DNA of 64,000 bases. Origin: Callorhinchus milii. Its lineage: Eukaryota. Under the pieces are notes generated by a model. The model did not search any database. It had not been told where the DNA came from and worked only from the letters and a program-made list of their open reading frames with translations. Location of the stretch: the NCBI RefSeq assembly GCF_018977255.1, contig NW_024704743.1, positions 101,868,001 through 101,932,000 of the forward strand, written 5' to 3'. Made by a program: the position numbers and the translations under genes. This document shows positions 36,150 to 48,587 of this stretch, in pieces. Position 1 is the first letter of the stretch. Every line of letters begins with the position of its first letter.

Positions 36150-37954
36150 GGTCACTTCCCCTCCAACATCCACCCACCACCCACCCCTTCCCTCCCACAC
36201 GCCGACTCCTACCCATCCTCCCCTACACACCTTCGTACCCGTTTCCCCATCCTCTGTCACCAAACTCATCCTCTCCCTGAAACCTACCACCTGCTCCCTT
36301 GACCCCATCCCCACTCCACTCCTTATCTCCCAGCTCCACCTCCTTGCCCCACATATCACAGACATCGTCAACCTGTCCCTCTCCTCTGGCTCTTTTCCCA
36401 TTCCCTTAAAAACTGCCACCATCACTCCCACCTTAAAAAAACCCTCCCTTGATGCGTCGCAGCTATCAAGCTTCCGGCCTATCTCCAACCTTCCCTTCCT
36501 GTCCAAGGTCCTGGAACGAGTTGTCGCCTCCCAGCTGCGCTCTTTCCTCTCCAACCATTCACTATTCGAACCCCTTCAATCGGGTTTCCGTGCTGCCCAT
36601 AGCACAGAAACTGCCCTGGTCAAGGTCACCAATGACATCTTGACCATCTGTGACCAGGGCTCCCTCTGCCTCCTCGTCCTCCTCGACCTATCGGCAGCAT
36701 TCGATACGGTCGACCACGCTATTCTCCTCCACCGCTTGTCCTCCCACCTAAACCTTCAAGGCCCTGTCCTTGAGTGGTTTAGGTCGTACCTCTCCCACCG
36801 TCTTCACTTTGTCTCCTCAAATGTTTTTTCCTCCGGCCCCCGCACTGTCTCGTGGGGTGTCCCTCAGGGCTCTGTCCTCGGTCCCCTCCTCTTCACCCTC
36901 TATATGCTCCCCCTTGGTGACATCATCCGCAGACATGGGGTTAACTTCCACATGTATGCGGATGACACCCAACTCTACCTTTCCTCCTCTACCCTCAACT
37001 CCACGACCACCGATGTCCTGACAGCCTGCCTGTCCGACATCGAGTCCTGGACGAGAGACAACTTTCTCCAGCTCAACGTGCAAAACTGAGGCCCTCCTGA
37101 TTGGCTCACGTCAGCGCCTCCGCACCTCAGGCGCTGACAGCATCAGCATCCAAGGCTGCACTCTCCACCTCTCAAAGCCAGTCAGGAACCTCGGGGTTCT
37201 GTTCGACCCTGAGCTGTCCTTTCTCCCTCATATCTGCGCCACAACTGGCACCGCCTTCCATCACCTCCGGAATGTCGCCAGACTACGGCACTACCTCACC
37301 CCTCACGCTGCTGAAACTCTGGTCCACGCCTTTATCACCTCAAGGCTGGACTATGGGAACTCTCTCCTCGCCGGCCTTCCCACCACCTCCCTCCACAAGC
37401 TGCAGGTCATTCAGAACTCTGCAGCTCGTGTACTGTCCCGCACCAGGCTTCGGGACCACATCACTCCCACCCTCGCTCACCTCCACTGGCTCCCCATCCC
37501 CCAGAGGATCGAATTCAAGATCCTCACCCTCACCTACAAGGCCATTCACGGCCTTGCACCCTCCTACCTCTCAGACCTACTATCCCCCTACTTACCTGCC
37601 CGTACCTTCCGTTCCTCTGGCTCCGGTCTCCTCCACATCCCCCGCCCCAACCGCCCTACTATCGGTGGTCGGGCCTTCAGCCTCTCAGCCCCTAGGCTCT
37701 GGAACTCTATCCCCCAGTGCCTTCGCCGCCTCCTCCCTTTCCTCCTTCAAGGCCGCTCTCAAAACCTTTCTCTTTGACCGTGCCTTCAGCTCCCCTCTCG
37801 ACTCTCTACCCCCTCCTCGCTCCCTCCTTTCCCTCCCCTCACCCTGACCATTTCCCCCCTGCTCGGGTCCTGACCCAACTGTAGAGCACCTTGGGACGTC
37901 CTCCCGACGTGAAAGGCGCTCAATAAATGGAATCTTGTTGTTGTTGTTGTTGTT
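36150..37954 (+). mobile_element. Young L2 LINE, 5'-truncated, near-intact reverse transcriptase
   Basis: [73 protein letters not shown]; frameshifts near 37081 and 37727; (TTG)n tail. Confidence 0.97.
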
Positions 37955-38230
37955 ACTCCACACGACTCTGTTTACCTAGCAGTAAGCAAGAATTAGTCGA
38001 TTGGTGGATCGCTTTTCCTGAGGTAATTATCCCTTAATTTTTTTTGAAAAAATGAAAAATAATTTGGGCACTTCAATCCAGGACTGTTTGTGGGACACTG
38101 CTGTGTGCAATTGGCTGCCACATTTAACCCACAAAATATGAAGTCAGTTCACTTTACAGTATATTCTGTGAAACCCTTTCAGATGTCTCGAAGACGTGAT
38201 GAGCTGCTATATCAAAATACAAGGATTATA
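37955..38230 (+). mobile_element. 3' part of long-subfamily SINE interrupted by the L2 (head remnant at about 36119-36149)
   Basis: ACTCCACACGACTCTGTTTACCTAGCAGTAAG continues directly after the L2 tail. Confidence 0.85.
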
Positions 38231-39738
38231 CAGTGAACGGCCAATTTTATCTGGGAGATTGTTGCTCAGGGCACAGCAAATTGAGTAAAATGGCACCACC
38301 ACTTAATCTAACAATTCCTTCCTGATCGTCAATTTTTTCATTCACATCCACTGTTCAGCTCATCTTGTCCCAGGAAAGACTGCTTACACTAGCTCTGATA
38401 ATCTTTTTTTTAATATTCTAGCTCATAATGTTATTTTTAATTCAATGATGAGTCTATGATTTCTGTCTCTAATAATGTGAACTATTCATCTGTAAGACAA
38501 TACAATTTACATTATGTTGCGCCTTTCACATCAGGAAGATGTTTCAAAGCGCTTTACAAACTTTGTTATAAAGTGCCATTGAAATGGATGGACATATTTC
38601 ATTACTTTTTTTGAATTTTACAATGCTCTCTTTGATGAATGTGCAGGAACTATTCTTTTTGGTAAGCTCAATATGCTCTGTAATTGAATTGACTGTTTTT
38701 CTTTAATGTACATGGACAGGTTGCCCTTTAAATCTACAGCAAACCCAGATAACTCCATGGAGTCCAATTTATCTCATCCTTGTCATTAGATTTTGATATT
38801 TAAAACACATTTACACAAGAAAGGTAACCCGTTAAACAGCAGAAATACGGCAATATGCTTACCTTTAAAGGTCATTGAAAATTACTTCGCAAAATTTAAT
38901 TGAATTTGCAAATTAATTTAAAATTTACAAATAAGGAGAGTTAGTTAACTGATTTTTACATAATTTCTGGGTAAGGCAAATACATCTTTACATATAAAGA
39001 TGTAACGGAGAGGCAAAAACTAACCGATTGAGCTGCTTGTCAGCACTGTAATACAAACATTGGTTTGTATTTCTGGTGCAGTGAAGTGAAGTCATTAGTA
39101 CTTTCACCAATACTTGCCCAAAGAGGAACAAAAGAAGAGGAATGTTGCATCTGTTTGACACTCGGCTTGCTAACTTCTCAGGTTAGCTCCTTCTCCTCAT
39201 AACAACTTGGTCATTCACTTCATGGATGTTTTGGGGTCATTGCAGTGGACAAATAAGCTGTTGTGTTTGCCCACAAATACCCAGTCAGTACACTTGACAG
39301 CAAACTCTGAAGTGCTTTGAGACATTTTGATGTGATAAGGCGCTATATCAAAAGCAAGAATTATTATTATTATCATTATTATTGCCAAATCTTAGCAACT
39401 CAATATAACCCTGATTCTTTGGTCTTATTAATGCTTCTCTCTCCTTATATTAACTATTCAAAATCGACTAACTAATATCTGTACAAATGAGTCCATCTCT
39501 TTAATAATAGTTAAACATATTCCTTAAAAGTTCCTGGGGCAGTATATTGGTTCACATGACTTTGAAGGAACCATTTGGGAGTGGAGCCAGAATTGATTTA
39601 CATTGATATTGCTGTGGTGCAAATTGAAATGTTGGCAATGTGACACTCCTCCAACTAGGCTCGGCAACAGGACTTCAGCATAATTGAATAACAACAACTT
39701 GCATTTACATTGCGTCCTTTATGCGGGATTAGGGGCGT

Positions 39739-39906
39739 GAAATTCTGTGGCTCAGTGGTTAGAGCACTCGCCTTGCAAGAGACCTGGGTTCGATTCCCGG
39801 CAGGGCGAAATGTTGGGTAAGTTTCCTTACTCCACATGCCTCTGTTTACCTAGCAGTAAGTAGGAACCCGGTTGTTAGTCGAATGGCAGATTGCTTTTCC
39901 CGGGGT
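39739..39906 (+). mobile_element. tRNA-Ala-derived SINE, long subfamily, 3'-truncated
   Basis: TGGCTCAGTGGTTAGAGC A box, GGTTCGATTCC B box, complete long-form segment. Confidence 0.9.
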
Positions 39907-40525
39907 TAACTCATGTTAACTCACGGTCACTGGGGCAGGGATTATTCCCACTCAATTTTTGTTAATCCTGGAAGGCAAGGCTGCAAATGGGTGGAGTGAT
40001 CCTAAGTGAACAAGCAGCGGGAAGCTTACCAAATAGGATTCTCCAGTGGGAAGCTTGCCGAACAGTCTTTGCAATGCCAATCTATGTGTTTTTAGCTGCT
40101 TAAACTCTAGCATTACCCGCAATGTACACTCTGCAGTCCCCAAGCCTTGGCTCTTTCCAACCTGCACTAAGTAATCTACAGGATTAGGTNAAAAAGATAC
40201 GACCCTTCAGGTATAGAGTGCGCATTTCATTCCAATGCATGGGAATTTCCATGTGTAGTTTGTGTCATATACTGTAGATGTGCAACACTCAGTCTATTTT
40301 GGAAACACTAGCACATGGTAATGGATTTCTGCAATTTCTTGAGACCCGAATGGCCAAAAAAAGGACTGTGCACATAATTGTTTTAGGAACCAGACAACTG
40401 AAGGTTCCCATTAATGCTCAATCCCCCCTTTATCTCTGGTATATCCCCGATCCACCCTAACATTAGTACAGGCTGACCATGTGGCTTGTCGATCGCACCC
40501 AATGAAGCCCAAACCTTTACAATAC

Positions 40526-40562
40526 AGTTCTGATGAAAAGTCATTGACCTGAAACGTTAGCT
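40526..40562 (+). ncRNA. Minimal type I hammerhead ribozyme motif
   Basis: AGTT (stem I)-CTGATGA-AAAGTCATTGACCT (stem II GTC/GAC)-GAAAC-GTT-AGCT (stem I'); palindromic ACGT stem III. Confidence 0.7.
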
Positions 40563-40661
40563 AATTTTTCTCTCTCCATAGATATTGACTGACCTGCTGC
40601 ATGTTCCCAGCGACTTCTGTGTTTATTTCAGATTTCCAGCATTTGCAGTATTTTGCCTTTT
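40526..40661 (+). mobile_element. 136-bp Penelope-type terminal repeat unit with hammerhead motif, flanked by 11-bp direct repeat
   Basis: CTTTACAATAC at 40515-40525 and 40662-40672; homologous to 8830-8970 (minus). Confidence 0.8.
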
Positions 40662-41344
40662 CTTTACAATACTCTTGTATTGCTTGTCTCATTAAAAAAA
40701 AGTTGAATAAGCATCTGGTTATGAACAAGATCTAAGGTTCTTAAGGGCTAAACAGACCTTGAGATGAATAAACATTTCCAGTCTTGCTGGGATCACAGAA
40801 ATAACCCATCTGCTGAAAGCAACCAGTGAGGGCTGAGCAATGGGAGTCATCAGGTTAAACAGATATTCTGCAGTTCAGTAAATTAACCTGTGAGATGAAG
40901 GAGAAATGTTGCAGAACTTTCCCTCAGGAAACTGAACAAGTTGGGCAGAGTCTATTATAATATACGTGGTATATATACTGCAATCTGGGGAATGACTGGG
41001 TTTATTGGGGAAAATGCTATTTTCTAGACTTTCTTATTTTATTGACTCTAACAAGTTCCATTGTAAAGAGTGTAGATCTTACTTTCATGTGATTGCTTTA
41101 AATGGCATTACTTTGTTCATTACAACCTGTGAAAAAGCAATTATATCACTGAGTACAATGGAAACGTAATCATTGCACTGGGGACACACAACAATGGTGT
41201 TGAAATTGCGGTATTTTTAAAATGCCATCTGTTCCTTAATTACCATCAGTTTATTGACTAGAAAGTGCTTTTAACCACATGTTGACGATCTGCAAAATGG
41301 CTGGGTGTGAAGAATGTTCTGCTTCATTACTGCTCACAAAGATC

Positions 41345-41790
41345 AATGTTTGAGTGCAGCTAAGGCTTGAGTCAGATAGTTATGAGTTTAAGATCCATTT
41401 TTGGACTTTGAGCTCATATAATCTAGGCTAACACTTCAATGCACTGTTGGGGTGCACTGCATTGTTGGAGGTGCTGTACTTCGGATTAAACATTAAATTG
41501 AGATATTGTCTACCTGTTCAGGGGGACGTTAAACATCCCAAGGTACTATTCAAAAAGAGAAGGGAGTTTCTCCCAGTGTCTTAGCCAACAATTCCCCAAA
41601 TAAAATTGATCAATCAATTCATGACTGTTGATGGCATATTGCTATGTGCAAAAATGTGTTTTGCTTACAAATACCTGGTCTCTACACTTTACAATGAAAT
41701 AATGTTTACTTCAGGACCCTGAAACGTCCCCCTGATGTGAAATGTTATACATCAAATTCAAGAATTTTTATTATTATTAATAATAATAAA
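41345..41790 (+). mobile_element. Old Deu-domain SINE
   Basis: CTGCATTGTTGGAGGTGCTGTACTTCGGATTAAACATTAAA...CCTGTTCAGGGGGACGTTAAACATCCC core; AT-rich tail. Confidence 0.78.
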
Positions 41791-43220
41791 ATAGGAAACT
41801 GACTCATCTCAATAGTCATCCTGCAAAGTAATATTCAAAAACTGGTTCCAGAATTGGAAAAAAAATGAAATCTGCTAACCGACAACTGTGATGGTGGCAG
41901 AAATGTTTTCAGATCACTTCAAACCAAACCATTGTGCCCAAATCAGGGCACAGCAATTGTTCACTTCCTTGGCTAATCTTCAGGAATGGATGAAAAATTC
42001 AATTATATTTTATAACATATTGTTATGAAACGGAATCTGTCCTGAAATGTAGCAGTCCCGAAACCCCATGGTACCATATAGTATTCGGCACCGAATGTAA
42101 CATTTAAGGAAGGAAATCAATCAGTCTTGAGATTGTATTTCAAAAGTGCCACAGTAGTTTGCAGGTCTGATTTTACATTTATTTTGATATCTTTTATTTT
42201 GTTTATATGTTTGCTGCAGCAAGGTTTCAGACTAGAAGGAAAATTATATGTCATAAAATGTTCTATTGTGGCCTTCGCAACATTTCTTGATGGTCGTGTG
42301 TGTGTCATCAAGGGCAATGTCAAATGTATCGTTTTAAATTATGTCCCTGCTATTTGACAACATCACAGTCAACAGAGGTGGAGCAAAGCAGGNAAAAAAT
42401 ATTATTCATTGTTGGAGGTGAACTGTTTCCCTAGCATCTCATCTTGAATTATTGATCTCTCTTATTTATTCCTTTCCATTCAGCTTTATGACAGCCTCGC
42501 AAGGCTCAATATTTGGATGTTGATCTGCCATAACTGCCAGAGTTCTTCACCTTTCTGACTGTTTCTGAACCTTCTTTCTTTTAAGGAGGACAGTTTCCAC
42601 CACATCATTGACTCCTCTAATTGATTGTTTTTTTGTCATAGGATTCCGTGTGGTTTTTACTTTTACTCGATAGATGAGTACATTTGCCTGATGACTGATC
42701 CAGAGCTGGGTGAGTGACAAGCCTTTCCTTATGGCACAGACTGCAGTTCATGTCTATCACTCAGACAGCCATTCAACCACTCAGGTTTCTGTGTTAGTCA
42801 GTCAATCACTCAGTCAGGTCTCTCATTCAGTCAGTCACTCAGGCTTTTCATTTTGTCAGTCAGTCATTCAGATCTCTGCATATCACTTTTTTTTCTTTGC
42901 AACATACATACTAAATACAGCTGAAATACTGTATTTCATAGTGCTGCATTATACTACTTTTAGAAACCAACTAGGACAAAGATCTACTGTAAAAAGCTCC
43001 TTTTAAATGCAGTGGAGAGGATATTCGTCTTCCACGTTTTTCCTTCACACTTTTACAAGTTGATCAATTCTATTGATTCATATTTCATCTTTGGGAAAAA
43101 CAAAGACATCTCAGAGGTTTTGTCTTGCATGACTTCAGCATGTCCAGCAATCTGCTTAATGCCTGAGAATACTTATTTGAATTCAAGCTAAAGTGCAATA
43201 AACCTAGAGTCCTGGATCTC

Positions 43221-43225
<5 letters not shown>

Positions 43226-43266
<41 letters not shown>

Positions 43267-43573
43267 CCTTGCATTTTGATATAGCGCTTTTCACGTCGGG
43301 AGGACGTCCCAAAGCGCTTCACAGAATATACTGTAAAGTGAATTGACTGTATATTTGTGGGCGAATGGGGCAGCCAATTTGGCACAGCAATGTCCCACAA
43401 ACAGTCGTAGATTGAAAATGACCAATGTATTATTGTTTTTGGTTTTGGAGGGAATATTATTAGGCGTGTGGAGTAAGGAAACTTGCCCAAGGTTTCGCCC
43501 TGACCTGCCTGGAATTGAACTCAGGTCTCTCGTTTGCAAAGCGAGTGCTCTAACCACTGAGCTACAGGACTCC
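43226..43573 (-). mobile_element. Full-length tRNA-Ala-derived SINE, short subfamily, with long (TTA)n tail
   Basis: Near-identical to 19381-19682; (AAT)n array at 43226-43266. Confidence 0.96.
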
Positions 43574-45459
43574 ACATATAAAAGAGTATGAACTGTCCTT
43601 CAGATGAGATGTTAACCCAATGACTGTCTACCTATTCAAGTGGATGATAAACATTTCACGGCACTATTCAAAAGAGAAAGGAGTTTCTTCTAGTGTCTTG
43701 ACCAACAATGAGAAAAATCCTTGCAGTTGATTTATTGCCTTATCATGTTGTTGAGGTGTCTTAAAGTGCTGCAAGGGAATTTCCTGTGAAGAGCAATGAC
43801 TGTGTATTTTTAGGCAATCATTCACAGGAATAAAATACATCATTTACATAATGGCTGTTTGTGGGACATTTCTGTGTACAAATTGACCGGTGTGTTTGCC
43901 TACTCAGTAGACGTAATAGCCTAGGCTTGCGTACCCTAGCTTGTGCATCGGAGTACTGCTGGAGTTTAACCAGCTAAAACCATTGTAGTTTGTCATTGTA
44001 AGTACTGTGTGCCAAGCATCCCACCTCATGTCCAGCTCGGACCACCCTACCCATTAGAGCAGTGGCTTGCAAGATTAATATGAACTGATTGGGAGGAGAC
44101 CCTGCCCACAGTGACCAGATTGCCCCTCCAAGACCTACCGATGAGCCAGTCTGACTGAGTTGTCTGACTCAAGACACAACTGACTCAGGAACCAGACTAC
44201 TGATATCATCACAGAGGGATGATTTAAATATTCCATTCCCAAGCATGTCACATTAGAGCCAGTTCAGCTCCTGAAGACCCAGCTTATCTCTTCTCATCTC
44301 AAACTAGTATTTGTGTATGGACTTCAGCTTCAGCCCATTTAAAAAAATCTTGATTCTAGCTAAGGAGCATGCACAGTTCTCTTCTCCAGATCCATGGCTT
44401 GAAATTAGTTATAAAAAGAAAAAGAACACTTTAAAAGTTATTCACGTTGCTAGAAGTTAAAATCCAAACTATCATGCATCAAAAGCAATGACAGTGATTG
44501 ATCTAAAAAAAACCAGGAGAAACCATTCTGTGGAGGTGAATTCTGTTCCCAAGTGAATATGCAGTGTTAAACACCAAATGATGGTAAATTGTATTCTTGT
44601 TATATTTAGGCTAATTGGAAATACTATCCTTGTTACTTTTATAAACCCTGCACTTTTTACTCATACTATTAAAGTATGTACAGCTACAAGAAAAAGATGC
44701 TCAATGCTTCACATTAGGTATTAAATGTAAACACAGTAAAGTAAGTGTCCAAAATATTTTCTTTCTTTCATTATTGTTCCTGCAATAAAATGTTACAGTG
44801 TGTACCTTAAACAGCATCCCAAATATGTACACCAACATTATTCCATTTTACTGTAATATAGTAATGATTTGAACTGGGTTCAATAACAATTTTGATTTGT
44901 TTTCTTTCCTTGCAAAAGTTATTGAGTTGTGTTTCGACATTAGCTTCCCAAGTTTAAAATCAACTTCCATCTGATTCCATCATTGGAACGACATTCACAA
45001 CAGCAGCACAGTCAATTGGTTTCTGTTTTCAATATAAACGATTTAAAAAATATATATAATTCAAAACGTGTTGATCTCTGTCACCAACTTTAATTTTTTA
45101 ATGTAATTTCTGCAAACTGCAGATACATTCTGACCTTTTCCATTGAAAGATTGTAAGTGAAGTATTTGGGTGGACAAGGCACCCAGCATAGATGATTCAT
45201 GCAGAGCAGGATCTATACCTGCTTCACATTCAACCCTTGGCTGCTGATTTATAGCTCAGCAATAAGTTGATGTTCTTTCAAATGTGCTCCTTGGCATTGT
45301 AGAGTGAACAGATTTCACTAGAACTGACTGCCAATTATTATAAGCAGTTTTATTTCCACATGATGTGTAAAATAAATCCATTATGCAGCTGAATCACTAT
45401 TATACAGTACTGTTTCACTTGCCAAATAGTTGACATTCTTTATATATGTAACGTTGACC

Positions 45460-45800
45460 ATAATAATAATAATCCTTGCATTTGATATAGTGCCTTATCA
45501 CATCTTCGAGATGTCCAAAGCACTTCACAGAATATACTGTAAAGTGAATTGACTGTATATTTTGTGGGTGAAATGCAGCAGCCAATTGCGCACAACAGTG
45601 TCCCACAAACAGTCATGGACTATTACCCCCAGAAAAGTAATCTGTGAAACAACTAACAACCAGGTTGCTACTTCCTGCTAGGTAACCAGAAATGTGTGGA
45701 GTAAGGAAACTTAGCCAACATTTCACTCTGCTTGGGAATTGAATCTAGGTCCTCTCGCGTGCGAGGCGAGTACTCTAAAAACACTAATCTATAGGATGCA
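45460..45800 (-). mobile_element. tRNA-Ala-derived SINE, long subfamily, diverged
   Basis: Reverse complement of tail, body and long-form segment (CTAACAACCAGGTT...CTGCTAGGTAA). Confidence 0.85.
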
Positions 45801-45949
45801 TATATCCATGCACCCTGTATAAAAGTTAACACTGGTGCACATAATCTGATCAATTGTGAGGTCTGTGTGATATATGTCACATTGATGGAGTGGAAGTGGT
45901 ACAACCTCCTTGAAGTCATCCTGAGTCATGAAGTCTGAGAAGCACTATT

Positions 45950-46255
45950 CAAATTGCTGTGGGCAACATCCCAGAAACAGTCATGAATGAATAATTTTAT
46001 CTGGTGGATTGTTGACCAGAACACAAGGAGAAACTCTCACTGTTTTCATGAGATCTTTAATGCTCACTTTAACAAGTACATAGGACACTTGTTTAATGTC
46101 TCATCCTTACGATAGCACTGCTGACAATGTTGCACTACCCAAGTGATGTATTAGAGTATCAGCCTGGATGTTTGAGTTGACAGTCCTGACGTGTGATTTT
46201 ATCTTACAACCTTCTGACTCAGAGGCGAAAGTGCTATCAACTGAGCCAGGCTGAT
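45950..46255 (-). mobile_element. Old Deu-domain SINE
   Basis: Minus strand CCTGGCTCAGTTGATAGCACTTTCGCCTCTGAGTCAGAAGGTTG head plus Deu core. Confidence 0.78.
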
Positions 46256-46931
46256 GCCTATTAGCATACAAAGTCAGTTTCACACCAACCAGCAATGCAA
46301 GGCCATGCTTCTACAAGTCAGAATCCAATGCCTCAGTCCTGGATTCTCTAATTTTATCATTGAAAACACCACTGGGAAATCTGCTATGGTCTCGTTTGAT
46401 GTGATAAACATTATGAACTGCATATTTAACTCAACATGTCAATGATGAGCCCCTTACAAGAGCTGTACACATTGCTTCCACTGTCCTGGAGATGGACACA
46501 TATTTGTAAGGAGAATGTATGACATTTGTATGGATAGCATATTTGAGATACTAAACACGTATGTAGCCTTCGTTTTTGATTGATGGATGCAGAAACATGT
46601 CCGACAATTAAATGATGGCAAATCAACTGACCGCATATTAATGCTGATCAAATGCAGAACAGACATTTGATAATATGTGGGAAAGGAATCAAATCAAAAT
46701 AGTTATTAATCCAGTTCAAAGCTTTAATGTTCTGACCCACAGCAGAAGTTAAGACACCAAATCATTCCATGACTGCAATTATCACAAGTTACCAAGTCAC
46801 CAAATTGGAGGTCAAAAATTAGATTGTAGTATTTACACCATTCTTTCAAAATTGAAGATAGAGTTCTTAAATTCATCTTAAATCTGCACCTTGCTTTTCT
46901 TTTGCCTAAAATATACACAGTCACTACACTT

Positions 46932-47495
46932 TGTTGAAAAAAAAACGAGTTTCAATCAAGCACAACTACTGTTTGCAACCAAAGTAGTGTTTATTAAACT
47001 CAAGCATCCGTTCAAGTTCACGATGGGCGTGGGCAAGTAGGCACAATCAATCAATTCACTAACAGGACAATACTACCGTGTAATCCCTCCTCGTGGCTGT
47101 CTACTTCTGCCTTCTAGCTCTCAGTCTTCCATCCATGATAGGTACTGTCCTGGGTGCGCCGATTTTGGTCAGGCACGGTGTCTTAAGTTTGTGTCCATCC
47201 AATCATGGTGCGGACATTAGGTCACCTGGCCAAAATCATGCTGGGTTCACGTGAACATCTCATGGGGTGTACGTGCCTCACACACACAAACACACTGTCC
47301 TTGAGACAGTCCATTATCTCGTGTACATGTAGGACAGTAGTACACATCTTGTCCTTGAGACACTCACGTGATCTCGTGAATGTCAACTCATGAGTTTCAG
47401 TCCAGTTGCCCCCCCCTAACACTTAAGTTAAAAGTTACCCCATTCGCAACATCTATTATGATTCTAACATTATACAAAAATTGTAAATTCTAACA
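46932..47495 (-). repeat. 3' LTR (564 bp, TG...CA)
   Basis: Minus strand begins TGTTAG right after PPT AAGGTGGGGGAC, ends TTCAACA; AATAAA near 46990; first about 100 bp repeated at 48599-48695. Confidence 0.88.
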
Positions 47496-47934
47496 GTCCC
47501 CACCTTGATACCGAATTAACATGAGGTATCACAAAACTACAAAAGAGAAAAAAAATCACACAACCTGGGAGGGAGGGTGGTACTTCCAGGAAACAGGGTG
47601 AATGGCAGCAACTTTGCCAGCCTTTCCACCATTCCCTACAAAGGGTACCTCAGAGGAAACCACACTAGACATAACAACTAGACACCTGGTTATTTTGTAC
47701 ATATCTATAAGCTGTTAATAAGAAAGTATTATGGGGGTTTCCATCAAAGGGGTTATCATGGGAGTAAACATGGGAGTTCTGGATTAGTAGTATTACAACG
47801 CCAAGCACCAGGCCTCCAGTAATTCCATCCAGATCCATATTGATACAGAAGATCCGGTAATCACTCGGTTGGTGCCTGCAAAATACAATGTAATATATAT
47901 TCAGTCATCAGTTTATCCTTTCCCCTTCTTTACA

Positions 47935-48587
47935 GTTTTAAGTTGATTAAAATGTTACCATTTAGTCAATTTAGAAAACAAAGACATGGCAATTAAATAT
48001 ACTGCCGGGCTTGCCTTTTCCAAAATTTCAAAAGGCCCTTTCCATCGCGGGGCAAAAGGAGATTCCTTTTTCCCATACACGCAGACCATGACTTCATCTC
48101 CAATTTCATACGCCACATGGTTAACGGTAGTGTCAAATTGTTGCTTCATACTTTGTTTCGCCTTACCAGTGTTTGTAGCCACAAACCTGTTGGTTCCCTG
48201 TATGATCTTTAGCATCTCTTTCAGCCATGTCTCCTCTGCAGTTCCCTGCAATTTAACATTACCCTCTAATTGTTCGAGGGCTTATTTAGTCATCACTACT
48301 GTACAACCTGGTAGCCTCATTAAACGACCTGTCAACGCTTGATAGAGTGAAATGCCAGTTGTAGCATGTGGGGTGGAGCGAATTGCCATTAGACACAGTG
48401 GCAATCCCTTCATCCATTGCGTGGGGTGATCTGCACAAAATTTTGACAACAAAACCTTTAATGTGCGGTTACTTCTTTCTACTACCCCTGAGGATTGAGG
48501 ATGGTATGACACATGCAATTTGTGATCAATTTCCAGCAAGTTGGTAAAAACTTCGCCCGTGAAATGTGATCCCTGATCAATATCCAA
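47935..48587 (-). pseudogene. Gypsy integrase (DDE core second half + GPY/F motif), in-frame stops
   Basis: DIDQGSHFTG...SYHPQSSGVVERSNRTLK...AIRSTPHATTGIS; FAPRWKGPFEILEK; KW*HFNQLK; ORFs 48282-48587 and 47955-48251 are in the same frame. Confidence 0.93.

Noticed and set aside
37101..37847. 248-aa Pro/Ser-rich ORF and similar ORFs (4551, 36036, 50175)
   Set aside because: Alternative or antisense frames of C-rich L2 sequence
42770..42872. Periodic CAGT-rich segment
   Set aside because: Degenerate (CAGT)n simple repeat with no further structure
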